Position numbers and translations under genes: made by a program. This document shows, piece after piece, positions 10,584 through 19,491 of a DNA stretch of 62,572 nucleotides. The notes beneath the pieces were generated by a model. It did no database searches. It was not told the DNA's origin and saw nothing but the letters and a program-made list of their open reading frames with translations. How positions within the stretch are numbered: the stretch's first letter is position 1; every line of letters begins with the position of its first letter. Source of the stretch: a virus (taxonomy: Duplodnaviria; Heunggongvirae; Uroviricota; Caudoviricetes); IMG/VR virus record IMGVR_UViG_2671180890_000001, one strand, 5' to 3'.

Positions 10584-12964
10584 TAGATTGACTCCCCCAC
10601 CTGAGCATCAGTCAATGCCTTGTGCCATATTCTGAAATTCCTGACATGACCAAATAAATGACGTAACCCGGCTGTAGTCTGGCCTCCAATACGGATAATT
10701 GCGGTGTTCTGAATACAGGACCATGTGGTTTTTGTTTCGCTGGATATACGCCCGTTACTTACTGAGCACGTAGACTGATCTGACTTTACACGCATCCCCA
10801 TAACCATTTTTTCAAGCGATGCGTTTTCGTTTACCCGTCTGTTAGCTCCTCCAATATCGCAATAAGGAAATCCGTCGTAATCTGCTGAAGAACCGAAGCC
10901 AAGAATAATAGCCGCTCCGGTTTGATGACCGCCGGTATCAAAAACACGCGGCGCTGCATTTGGCGTTTTATACCAGTTCTTATGTACCTCACAAAGAACC
11001 GTAAAAGGAAGATTATAAAAATTATTCTTAATGGGAACTGTAACTATATCGCTTGCGCGGGTCGCCGCCGTCGTTCCTGATATAATAAAAGATGATACAC
11101 AAGGCCCATTTTCTACTTGTGGGGTGGCCAGATAAATATAGTCACCAGATACGGTTGCCCCGCCCTGCTTAGGAGAATACTGTATCTGAGAACCTATTTT
11201 TAACTCCCCATCAATTGCCTGAATTGTTGCCTCTGCAAAAATCCATCCGGTAGCTTCGTCCTTTCTGACTCTCGCTGTAATCCTTGAGGCAGCACCGCCT
11301 GTCATATTAATTTCAAGCGTTTGTGTATCAATATACGCATCACCAAGAAAAGTTGTTGCGCTACCGTCATATTTATCAAACCGGATACGCAACCTTACCT
11401 GCAGTTCTGTTTTAAAACGACATGAGGTTGTCACATATTTATTATCGCCTGAGACATCAACTGACTTTGTTGCAGCAATTGATGCCATATTAATGGCTGA
11501 GGTTTGCCCAATCAGAGAATCGTTGCAGACAAACTTTCCATAGGTAAAACCAAAATTATCCGTCCCTGTTTCGGGCACATCCATATTTGACGATCGCCCC
11601 CAACTGGCAGGGCTTTCCGAATTGAGCATGTAGTTTGTTCTTTGCCCCTCAATAAGCAGACCATCACGTTCAAATCGTGGCTCGTCAATGGCAGCCTCTG
11701 TCAGCACACCAGATTTGTTAATATAGGTTGCTTTCGATGCACGTTTAAACTTAACAATCTTGTCGCCAGGCATCGTTATTTCATCGTCACCAATAACAAT
11801 TTTTTTATATGATGGCGAAAAGCCCGTAATCATATCCAGCGAATCGTTAAATGGTATCCACACATCAGGCAGCGGCTGTAAGACATATTTATACGGCTCC
11901 GCAGCCTGGCTTGCGTACTCTCTGGCTGCATCTTCGCTTGCTTTAGCTGCCGTCTGGCTTGCTGCCGATGCTTTCGCTGAGTTCGCAGCCGCTGTTTCGC
12001 TCACCTTTGCGTTGGTTTCACTGGTTTTTGCTGCTTTTTGACTGTTAGCTGATGCAGTGGCAGAAGCAGCCGCCGCGCTTGCAGAACTGGCTGCGGCACT
12101 CTCGCTTTGGGCCGCTGCATCCTGACTGCTTTTCGCCGCAGTTTCACTGGCTTTGGCATTCGTTTCGCTGGTCTTCGCTGCCGTCTGGCTGGACTTTGCG
12201 TTAGTTTCACTCGTCTTCGCAGCTTTCTGGCTGTTAGCCGCAGCAGTTGCTGATCCAGCTGCTGAAGTCGCAGAACCGGCTGCCGCGCTCTCGCTTTGGG
12301 CTGCTGCAACCTGGCTGTTTTTTGCTGCAGTTTCACTGGCTTTAGCATTCGTTTCGCTGGTCTTCGCTGCCGTCTGGCTGGACTTTGCGTTGGTTTCGCT
12401 CGTCTTTGCGGCTGTCTCGCTATTTTTCGCGTTGGTTTCTGATTTTTTAGCTGCTGTCGCGGAGTTTGCCGATGCAGTCTGTGAGGTCGCTGCCGCCTGT
12501 GCGCTGTTAGCTGCATTCGTTTCTGAGGTTTTCGCCGCGTTCTTCGATGATGCCGCTGCAGTTTCGGATTTCTTTGCCGCCGCTGCGCTCTGAGAAGCGG
12601 CTTCGGCGTTGCGTGCCGCTTCTTCCACCATTTCCTGAAAACGGCGCAATGCCTCCGGCATGACATCATCTTCCGTCATGGCACCGAGAAAATCATTCAG
12701 CGTACCTGGTCTGGAGCCTTCATAGACGGTAATGGTCCCGGCATGTGAAGGCGGAAAACCTTCAACCAGCAGGGTGACGCTGTACTGGCCATACTCAACA
12801 TCCATGCTGTAACGCCCGGCTTCATCAGGATTTTCAGAGGCCACCGTGTTCACCAGTACCGTGGTGCTGTTACGCTTTGCCTTCAGTTGAATAGTGCAGT
12901 TCTGTATTGGTTTTCCCGCACCATCTTTCAGCACACCTGAGATTTTTACTGCTGCCATATCCAC
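10583..12964 (-). CDS. stf: Side tail fibre protein: lambda Stf-like N-terminus, Ala/Ser-rich tandem repeats, divergent C-terminal domain
   Basis: 793 aa; N-terminal KISGVLKDG...SHAGTITVYE as in lambda Stf; repeats of KTSETNAKxSxTAA. Confidence 0.85.
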   Translation of the reverse strand: MDMAAVKISGVLKDGAGKPIQNCTIQLKAKRNSTTVLVNTVASENPDEAGRYSMDVEYGQYSVTLLVEGFPPSHAGTITVYEGSRPGTLNDFLGAMTEDDVMPEALRRFQEMVEEAARNAEAASQSAAAAKKSETAAASSKNAAKTSETNAANSAQAAATSQTASANSATAAKKSETNAKNSETAAKTSETNAKSSQTAAKTSETNAKASETAAKNSQVAAAQSESAAAGSATSAAGSATAAANSQKAAKTSETNAKSSQTAAKTSETNAKASETAAKSSQDAAAQSESAAASSASAAAASATASANSQKAAKTSETNAKVSETAAANSAKASAASQTAAKASEDAAREYASQAAEPYKYVLQPLPDVWIPFNDSLDMITGFSPSYKKIVIGDDEITMPGDKIVKFKRASKATYINKSGVLTEAAIDEPRFERDGLLIEGQRTNYMLNSESPASWGRSSNMDVPETGTDNFGFTYGKFVCNDSLIGQTSAINMASIAATKSVDVSGDNKYVTTSCRFKTELQVRLRIRFDKYDGSATTFLGDAYIDTQTLEINMTGGAASRITARVRKDEATGWIFAEATIQAIDGELKIGSQIQYSPKQGGATVSGDYIYLATPQVENGPCVSSFIISGTTAATRASDIVTVPIKNNFYNLPFTVLCEVHKNWYKTPNAAPRVFDTGGHQTGAAIILGFGSSADYDGFPYCDIGGANRRVNENASLEKMVMGMRVKSDQSTCSVSNGRISSETKTTWSCIQNTAIIRIGGQTTAGLRHLFGHVRNFRIWHKALTDAQVGESI

Positions 12965-12967
12965 TCC

Positions 12968-13000
12968 ACAAAAAAGCCCGCCTGAACCGGCGGGCTGTCA
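12968..13000 (-). terminator. Rho-independent terminator downstream of lom
   Basis: GCCCGCC/GGCGGGC stem followed by a T-run on the minus strand. Confidence 0.5.
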
Positions 13001-13022
13001 TAACACTGTGTTACCTGGCTAA

Positions 13023-13622
13023 TCAGAATTTATAACCGACACCCACGATGAAACCGTCAGTGCGCCAGTCACCACTGCCGGAGCCTTCATAAGCAATATC
13101 AATGGCCACGGATTCGGTCGGGTTAAACTGCACGCCAGCCCCCCACGCCAGAGACGTGTTGCTGTGGCGACCGTCATCACTTCCGGTCAGCACATCGTGC
13201 GTTTTCCCCTTGCTGTCAGTTACGCGGAGATAATCCCCGGAAAAAGTCGAAACACGGCTGTAAGCCACACCTGCCATCGCATAAGCACTGAACCATTCAT
13301 TCACGCGTACAGACGGCCCCGCCATCATGCTGAACCAGCGGTTACGCACTGAATCTTCATGCCAGCGGGTATCGCTGTAATGCGTTTTTTGCTCATCTTT
13401 GGCATTGGCATAACTGAATGACGTCACCAGCCCCAGCGTGTCCGTAAATTCATAACGGTATTTCACGTTAATGCCCTTCAGGTCATCGTTGCCGGGCATA
13501 TCAGTATGGGTCTGAAGATACCCGGCGCTTAGTGTGGACTGATGCTCTGCTGCGCTCGCTGGCGTACCAGCGGCGACCAGCCAGACTACTGTGGACAGAA
13601 TAACAGCACATAATTTACGCAT
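13023..13622 (-). CDS. lom: Lom-family outer membrane protein (Ail/Lom)
   Basis: 199 aa; signal peptide; C-terminal AYEGSGSGDWRTDGFIVGVGYKF as in lambda Lom. Confidence 0.85.
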   Translation of the reverse strand: MRKLCAVILSTVVWLVAAGTPASAAEHQSTLSAGYLQTHTDMPGNDDLKGINVKYRYEFTDTLGLVTSFSYANAKDEQKTHYSDTRWHEDSVRNRWFSMMAGPSVRVNEWFSAYAMAGVAYSRVSTFSGDYLRVTDSKGKTHDVLTGSDDGRHSNTSLAWGAGVQFNPTESVAIDIAYEGSGSGDWRTDGFIVGVGYKF

Positions 13623-13635
13623 AATTACCTCTCGC

Positions 13636-13668
13636 TTTTCTGCAATAAAAAAGGCGCCATTTCTGGCG
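13636..13668 (-). terminator. Rho-independent terminator downstream of J
   Basis: GGCGCCA-TTTC-TGGCGCC hairpin followed by a T-run on the minus strand. Confidence 0.45.
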
Positions 13669-13689
13669 CCCGTATCTGGGTTATAAAAT

Positions 13690-16600
13690 TCAGCTGATAC
13701 TGATGCCTGCAGTGGCTTTCTTCATCACAACAACCAGCAAATCGCTGATACTTGCTGTGGGATACCAGCCATTTACCCACCATGCTGATACAGAAAACTC
13801 CAGTGTCATTACGCCACTGCCTGCAGGCATATCAATAACACCCGTGTAAATCAGAGTATTATCCAGAGCCGTTCGGTTATAAATTTCAGCCCCGTTTTTC
13901 TTCACTATCAGGCGGCATGACGAATAAGTATCGCTATTCTCCCGTTCATGTCTGGCACCGCTGAAAGCCACCGCTGGAATAACAATTTGCCGGTCAAACG
14001 GCTGATCGTCATAAACCCTGACGGTAATGGTCCCTGATGGCCACCGCTCCGGTGCACGGGAGTCCCGGGGGAAAGCTTTGCCCACTGTTTTAACGAGATC
14101 GCCTTCAATCTGGTTCGCGGACAGTTTTCCCAGAACCCGACAGTTCTCGTTAATCGTGACGTTGTTGAGCGTCCCGGAGTTCGCATTCACGCTACCGCTG
14201 ATATCGGCATTTTTCGCCGTCAGCCGCCCGTCCGGTGTCAGGGAAAATGCCGGAGGATTACCGCCGCTGGTAATGGTGGGAGCCGTCAGATATTTCAGGA
14301 ACACTTCATTCATGAATATCTGGTTGCCCTGCGCCACAAACATCGGCGTTTCATTCCCGTTTGCCGGGTCAATAAACGCGATACGGTTAGCGGCAACCAG
14401 GAACTGACTCAGTTTGCCTTCCTCCGTATCCTCCATGCTGAGGCCAAGCCCCGCGACATAATGTTTGCCGTCTTTGGTCTGCTCAATTTTGACGCCCCAC
14501 ATGGCATTCCATTTATCGTTGGCATCTTTCCACTCTTTCGAAAACTCATCCAGTCTGCTGGCGTTATCCTCCGTCAGGTCGACTTTTTCCAGCAGCTCCT
14601 TGCCGAGATGGGATTCGGTTATCTGGCCTTTGAAAAAATCCAGGTAACCTTCTGCATCATCGCTCGCCCGACCGACAGCCTCCACGAATGCCGATTTGCC
14701 AACGGTGTTCACACTGCGGATGTAAAAATAATAATCATGGCCCGGCTTGATATTGATACTGGCGGCTATCCAGTACAGCGCCGTACCAAGATAACGTGCG
14801 CTGGTTTCAACCTGCCTGATATCCGTAATCCGCTTTTCCGAGAACCAGAACTCAAACTGTACCGTCGGATCATAAACGGCAAGATGCGGCGTTGCGGTTA
14901 TCTGAAAATAGCCCGGCGTCAGCTCAATCCGCGACGGTGCTGCCGGTGCGGCAATCCGGAACGATACCGACGCCGGATCTCCCTGCTGCCCCCACGCATT
15001 TACCGCCCGGACTGTCAGCCTGTAGTTCCCCAGCGCCAGTTGCGTGAAGCGGTATGTGGTTTCCGTCGTCCGGGCCGTGCTGACCAGCCGCTCACTGCCG
15101 TCGTCCGCTGTTACGGTCAGACGGAGCAGGAAGCTCACGCCCTTCACCACCTTCGGTGTGTCCCATCGCGCCAGCACCTGATATTCCCCGCTGTCTGCAG
15201 TGACTTCTGCGGTCAGGTGCTGCACCGCTGGCGGCGTGACACCGTTCACCGTGCCACTCTGTTCGCCGTCAAAGTGCGCCCCGTTATCCACGATGGCCTC
15301 TTTTTCCGGCACATGCTGCACGGCGGTGATGGCATACGTGCCGTCGTCGTTCTCACGGATACTCACGCAGCGGAACAGTCGCTGGCGCAGCGTCGGCAGC
15401 TTCAGCCCCCATACGCTGTATTCAGCAACACCGTCAGGAACACGGCTCACTTTTACCTTCACGCCGTCGGTGACGGACTGAACCTCCACGCTGACCGGAT
15501 TGCCACTTCCGTCAACCAGGCTTATCAGCGTGGTACCGGAGGATGGCAGCGTGATTTCACGGTCGAGCGTCAGCGTCCGGGTCTGGCTGTTCACCGCCAG
15601 CACACGACCACCGGTGCTGATACCGGCATAGTCATCATCACAGATTTCAATAACATCGCCCGGTACATGGCGAAGCCCTTCTGCGCCGACGCTGAAATCC
15701 ACGGTCTGCGTTTCCAGCAGTTCTGTTTTAATCAGCCACAGCCCGGCGCGGTGTGCCTGCCCCCGGCTGGTACAGCCAAAGGCGTCCATCTTCGTGACGT
15801 TACGACCGTAACGGAGAATGGCCTGCGTATCTTCAACAAGCTCTGTCGCCGTCTCCCAGCCGTTGTTCGGGTCAATCCAGTTCACCTCAACGGCATTATG
15901 GCGGTCCTTCAGGGCGCTGAAACTGTAGCGGAACGGCGCGCCATCATCCGGCATCACCACATTACTGCGGTTATAGGTCCACACCTTATCCGACGGCCGG
16001 TCCTGCACGAACGTCAGCGTCTGCCCGTTCCATACCGGCATACAGCGCATCGCCGAGCAGAAATCACTGAGCACATCCCACGCCTTGCGCTGTGTGGTCA
16101 GGTAAGCGTTACAGGTGATGCGCGGCTCCGTGCCGCCAAAGCCGTCCGGCACCGACTGGTCGCAGTACTGGCCGATGACATACAGCGCCCATTTATCCAC
16201 ATCCGCCGCACCAAGACGTTTCCCCATGCCGTAGCGCGGATGGGTCAGCATATCCCACAGACACCAGGCCATGTTGTTGCTGTATGCCGGTTTAAACGTC
16301 CCGTCCCAGATACCGCTGTATTGCCGCGTCTGCGGGTTATAGTTCGACGGCACCTGCAGAATGCGCCCGCGAAGATGATAATTACGGCTCACCTGCTGGC
16401 TGCCGAACTGCTCCGAATCCACCTGTACGCCGACCAGTGCCGTGTTCGGGTAGCCCTGTTTCACATCGATGATTTCGGTGTATGACGACCAGAGCGTTTT
16501 GTTCTGCAGCTGGTCTGTGGTGCTGTCCGGCGTCATCCTGCGCATCCGGATATTAAACGGGCGCGGCGGCAGGTTATCCACCACCACCGAGGCCAGATAC

Positions 16601-17085
16601 TGCGAGGTGGTTTTGCCCTTAATGGTGATGTCTTTTTCTGTCACCCAGCCACCGTTACGCTGTATCTGAACCAGCAGGCGGACTTCCGATGGATTCCTGT
16701 CCCCCTTTGAGGTGGTTTCCACCAGTGCCTGCACACCGAAGGTAAAGCGCAGACGGTCGATGTTTGCCGACGTGATGGTCCGGGTGATCGGCGTGTCATA
16801 TTTCACTTCCGTACCCAGCACCGTCTCGGAACCGGAGGATTCAAATCCCTCCGGCGGTGTCTGCTCCTGCTCACCTGCCCGGAACACCACCGTGACACCG
16901 GAGATGTTGGTATTCCCCTCACTGTCCAGCACCGGTGTACTGTTCAGCAGCACGCTTTTTAATCCATCCACCGGACCTTCAATCGGCCCTTCGCTGATGG
17001 CATCGATCACACTCAGTAACTGCGTGGATTTCAGGTTATCCTTCGCTTCGCGCGGGGTATGCCCCTTACTGCTGCCTTTACCCAT
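13690..17085 (-). CDS. J: Tail tip / host specificity protein J with a non-lambda C-terminal receptor-binding region
   Basis: 1131 aa; lambda J-like from [19 protein letters not shown] through about residue 980, then divergent last ~150 aa. Confidence 0.95.
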   Translation of the reverse strand: MGKGSSKGHTPREAKDNLKSTQLLSVIDAISEGPIEGPVDGLKSVLLNSTPVLDSEGNTNISGVTVVFRAGEQEQTPPEGFESSGSETVLGTEVKYDTPITRTITSANIDRLRFTFGVQALVETTSKGDRNPSEVRLLVQIQRNGGWVTEKDITIKGKTTSQYLASVVVDNLPPRPFNIRMRRMTPDSTTDQLQNKTLWSSYTEIIDVKQGYPNTALVGVQVDSEQFGSQQVSRNYHLRGRILQVPSNYNPQTRQYSGIWDGTFKPAYSNNMAWCLWDMLTHPRYGMGKRLGAADVDKWALYVIGQYCDQSVPDGFGGTEPRITCNAYLTTQRKAWDVLSDFCSAMRCMPVWNGQTLTFVQDRPSDKVWTYNRSNVVMPDDGAPFRYSFSALKDRHNAVEVNWIDPNNGWETATELVEDTQAILRYGRNVTKMDAFGCTSRGQAHRAGLWLIKTELLETQTVDFSVGAEGLRHVPGDVIEICDDDYAGISTGGRVLAVNSQTRTLTLDREITLPSSGTTLISLVDGSGNPVSVEVQSVTDGVKVKVSRVPDGVAEYSVWGLKLPTLRQRLFRCVSIRENDDGTYAITAVQHVPEKEAIVDNGAHFDGEQSGTVNGVTPPAVQHLTAEVTADSGEYQVLARWDTPKVVKGVSFLLRLTVTADDGSERLVSTARTTETTYRFTQLALGNYRLTVRAVNAWGQQGDPASVSFRIAAPAAPSRIELTPGYFQITATPHLAVYDPTVQFEFWFSEKRITDIRQVETSARYLGTALYWIAASINIKPGHDYYFYIRSVNTVGKSAFVEAVGRASDDAEGYLDFFKGQITESHLGKELLEKVDLTEDNASRLDEFSKEWKDANDKWNAMWGVKIEQTKDGKHYVAGLGLSMEDTEEGKLSQFLVAANRIAFIDPANGNETPMFVAQGNQIFMNEVFLKYLTAPTITSGGNPPAFSLTPDGRLTAKNADISGSVNANSGTLNNVTINENCRVLGKLSANQIEGDLVKTVGKAFPRDSRAPERWPSGTITVRVYDDQPFDRQIVIPAVAFSGARHERENSDTYSSCRLIVKKNGAEIYNRTALDNTLIYTGVIDMPAGSGVMTLEFSVSAWWVNGWYPTASISDLLVVVMKKATAGISIS

Positions 17086-17145
17086 TCGTCATGCTCCATA
17101 AACGACAAAACCGCCCGGAGGCGGTTTCACATAAAACATTTTGCA

Positions 17146-17817
17146 TCAGCGACCAATCACCACAACCTGACCACCGTCCCCTTCGTCTGCCGTGCTGATC
17201 TCCTGAGAAACCACCCGCGACCCCACACGCATTTCACCGTACAGAACAGGCAGAACATTGCCCTGAGCAACCATGTTATCCAGTGAGGAAAAATAGGTGT
17301 TCTGTTTGCCGTTATCCGTTGTCTGTGTACGGGGAGTTCTGGCTTTCGGTGCCAGCATCTGCGCCACACCACCGAGCACCATACTGGCACCGAGAGAAAA
17401 CAGGATGCCGGTCATACCACCGGCCCCAATGGCTGCCCCCCATGCTGCAAGGGTGGCTCCGGCAGTAAAGAATGATCCGGCAATGGCGGCAGCTCCCAGG
17501 ACAATCTGGAATACACCACCTGACTTGGCCCCGGCGACTCTGGGAACAATATGAATCACAGCGCCATCAGGCAGAGTCTCATGTAACTGCGCCGTTAATC
17601 CGGACGTGCTGACATCCCGCCCGGCAATCCGTACCTGATACCAGCCGTCGCTCAGTTTCTGACGAAACGCCGGGAGCTGTGTGGCCAGTGCGCGGATGGC
17701 TTCAGCCCCCGTTTTCACACGAAGGTCGATGCGGCGGCCAAATCGTTGCAAATCCCCGTAAAGGCAGATGCGTGCCATTCCCGGTGACGCCAGAGGGAGT
17801 GTGTGCGTCGCTGCCAT
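17146..17817 (-). CDS. I: Tail assembly protein I
   Basis: 223 aa, lambda I-like. Confidence 0.9.
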   Translation of the reverse strand: MAATHTLPLASPGMARICLYGDLQRFGRRIDLRVKTGAEAIRALATQLPAFRQKLSDGWYQVRIAGRDVSTSGLTAQLHETLPDGAVIHIVPRVAGAKSGGVFQIVLGAAAIAGSFFTAGATLAAWGAAIGAGGMTGILFSLGASMVLGGVAQMLAPKARTPRTQTTDNGKQNTYFSSLDNMVAQGNVLPVLYGEMRVGSRVVSQEISTADEGDGGQVVVIGR

Positions 17818-18458
17818 TTGTCGGTATACCTCTCTCGTTTACTCAGTTGTTCAGGAATATGGTGCAGCAGCTCGCCATCACCACAGTAAATGGCGGCATG
17901 ATTCGGCACCGATGAACCAAAGCAGCACAGCAGCACGTCGCCAGGCTGCGCCTCTGTCAGTGCGACACGGTAAAAACCAGTCGCCTCCATATTGTCAAGA
18001 TAGAGATTCTGACCGTTACGCCACCAGTCATCCCCGCGATGAAAATCCGGCATCTCAATCCCCGCCAGATGATAAGCATCCCGGAACAGCGTGTAACAGT
18101 CCGTCACCCCGTGCTCAAAGCGACGCCCGGTGAGATGCGGCACACAGCGGAACTTGTGAATCGCCCCCCGGCAGACCAGCCACCACGGCAAATCACTCTG
18201 CACCTGCAGCCGCCGGTCAGCCTCACTCAGCCAGGGCAGACCACCGGGATGACTGTGGACCAGTGCCACAATCTCACCCTGCATCTCTGCCTGCAGCCAG
18301 TCCTCCGGAGCCATCCGGAAATAATCCTCCGGCTCACCGGAGATATTCACGCAGGGGAAATATCTTTCCCCCTCCGGCGCTCTCACCACGAAGCCGCACG
18401 ACTCCGCTGGCGCACATCGCCGGGCGTGCGCCAGAATCGCTGATTCTGTCTCTGTCAT
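17715..18458 (-). CDS. K: Tail assembly protein K (NlpC/P60-like)
   Basis: Lambda K-like; ORF start may be upstream of the true start. Confidence 0.85.
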   Translation of the reverse strand: MTETESAILAHARRCAPAESCGFVVRAPEGERYFPCVNISGEPEDYFRMAPEDWLQAEMQGEIVALVHSHPGGLPWLSEADRRLQVQSDLPWWLVCRGAIHKFRCVPHLTGRRFEHGVTDCYTLFRDAYHLAGIEMPDFHRGDDWWRNGQNLYLDNMEATGFYRVALTEAQPGDVLLCCFGSSVPNHAAIYCGDGELLHHIPEQLSKRERYTDKWQRRTHSLWRHREWHASAFTGICNDLAAASTFV

Positions 18459-18463
18459 GGGAT

Positions 18464-19162
18464 TTACTGCGAAAGTTTGTTAATGGAAAGGAAGCCGCCA
18501 AAGTTGCCGACGTTATTGCGAAACTTACAGCCGCTCAGGCATTTGCTGCATTTATCCTTCGTGATATCGGACGTTGGCTGGTCATATTCATCCGCGACAG
18601 CCGGACCGCTATAACCGCACTCGTCACCGCGATAGGTCCAGGTGCAGGTGTTGGCCAGCATGATACGTCCCGGAAAAACAGCGCCATCCGTTTCCGTCGG
18701 CGTGGACAGTACAAAGGAGGCACTCACCGCGCTCAGTTCGCTGCACTGCTCAATGCGCCAGCGGCTGATCACCTCCTGCTCCGGATCGGCGTAACTGTTT
18801 CCGTTGACGAAGTTCACCGCATCCAGAAAACGGGCGTAAACCTTACGCCGGACCACCGTTCCGCCGACCAGACTCTGCATATCTTCCGCCATCCCGGTGA
18901 CCATACCGTACAGGTTAGAAACCGTCAGCGTGGGGCGCGTACTGGTGCCTTTGCCATTCAGTTCAAAACCGCTCCCCTGAATGGGATACGGCTGATACTG
19001 TCGCCCCTGCCAGGTGACCGGCTCACCTTTTTCGTTCTGCTCATTACAGAAAAAATAACGTTCTCCACCGACCTCTGTCAGATCGATTTCCCAGAGCACC
19101 ACGCTGGCCGACTGCTCCGCACGGGTGCATTCATTCAGTGTTTCCTGCCGGATATCCTGCAT
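18464..19162 (-). CDS. L: Minor tail protein L
   Basis: 232 aa, lambda L-like. Confidence 0.9.
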   Translation of the reverse strand: MQDIRQETLNECTRAEQSASVVLWEIDLTEVGGERYFFCNEQNEKGEPVTWQGRQYQPYPIQGSGFELNGKGTSTRPTLTVSNLYGMVTGMAEDMQSLVGGTVVRRKVYARFLDAVNFVNGNSYADPEQEVISRWRIEQCSELSAVSASFVLSTPTETDGAVFPGRIMLANTCTWTYRGDECGYSGPAVADEYDQPTSDITKDKCSKCLSGCKFRNNVGNFGGFLSINKLSQ

Positions 19163-19491
19163 CAGTTCACCACCTGTTTAAACTCTGCGCTGAACTCAAC
19201 ACGCAACATACTGACCTGCGACGACCATTTTGCGCAGGTCACCTTTATCTGCCTGTAACCATAAGGCGGCGTCCACAGAAAGGCCTTCCAGCCCCCGTGC
19301 TCAGCCAGAAACGACTCCAGCGCCGTGGCCTCCTCACGGGAGACAGACAGCGTCACGCTGTACGTTTTCAGGTCAGCGTTCAGCCCGGCAGGCGCACGCT
19401 GGGAATAGCCATCACCAAAGCGCACCTCCCTGACGGAAGGAGCCGATGTCACATCCATCCCGGGTTTCACTTTCCAGCGGAAGGTTTTCAT
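19162..19491 (-). CDS. M: Minor tail protein M
   Basis: 109 aa, lambda M-like. Confidence 0.9.
   Translation of the reverse strand: MKTFRWKVKPGMDVTSAPSVREVRFGDGYSQRAPAGLNADLKTYSVTLSVSREEATALESFLAEHGGWKAFLWTPPYGYRQIKVTCAKWSSQVSMLRVEFSAEFKQVVN

Noticed and set aside
1-12327. Biological inverted duplication or invertible segment carrying a second copy of sopAB and fibre genes
   Set aside because: Arms differ only by homopolymer indels, the symmetry centres coincide with protelomerase target palindromes, and the second arm ends at a chimeric junction; read-through of hairpin ends explains all of it.
12001-12669. Arg/Gln/Pro-rich 222 aa ORF (also 23..331 and 62209..62562 in the fold-back copies)
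   Set aside because: Alternative-frame reading of the Ala/Ser-rich repeat DNA of stf; the stf frame is the conserved one.
14461-16485. 674 aa ORF on the plus strand
   Set aside because: Entirely antisense to J (13690..17085), whose lambda-like translation is unambiguous; Arg/Pro-rich composition typical of an antisense frame.
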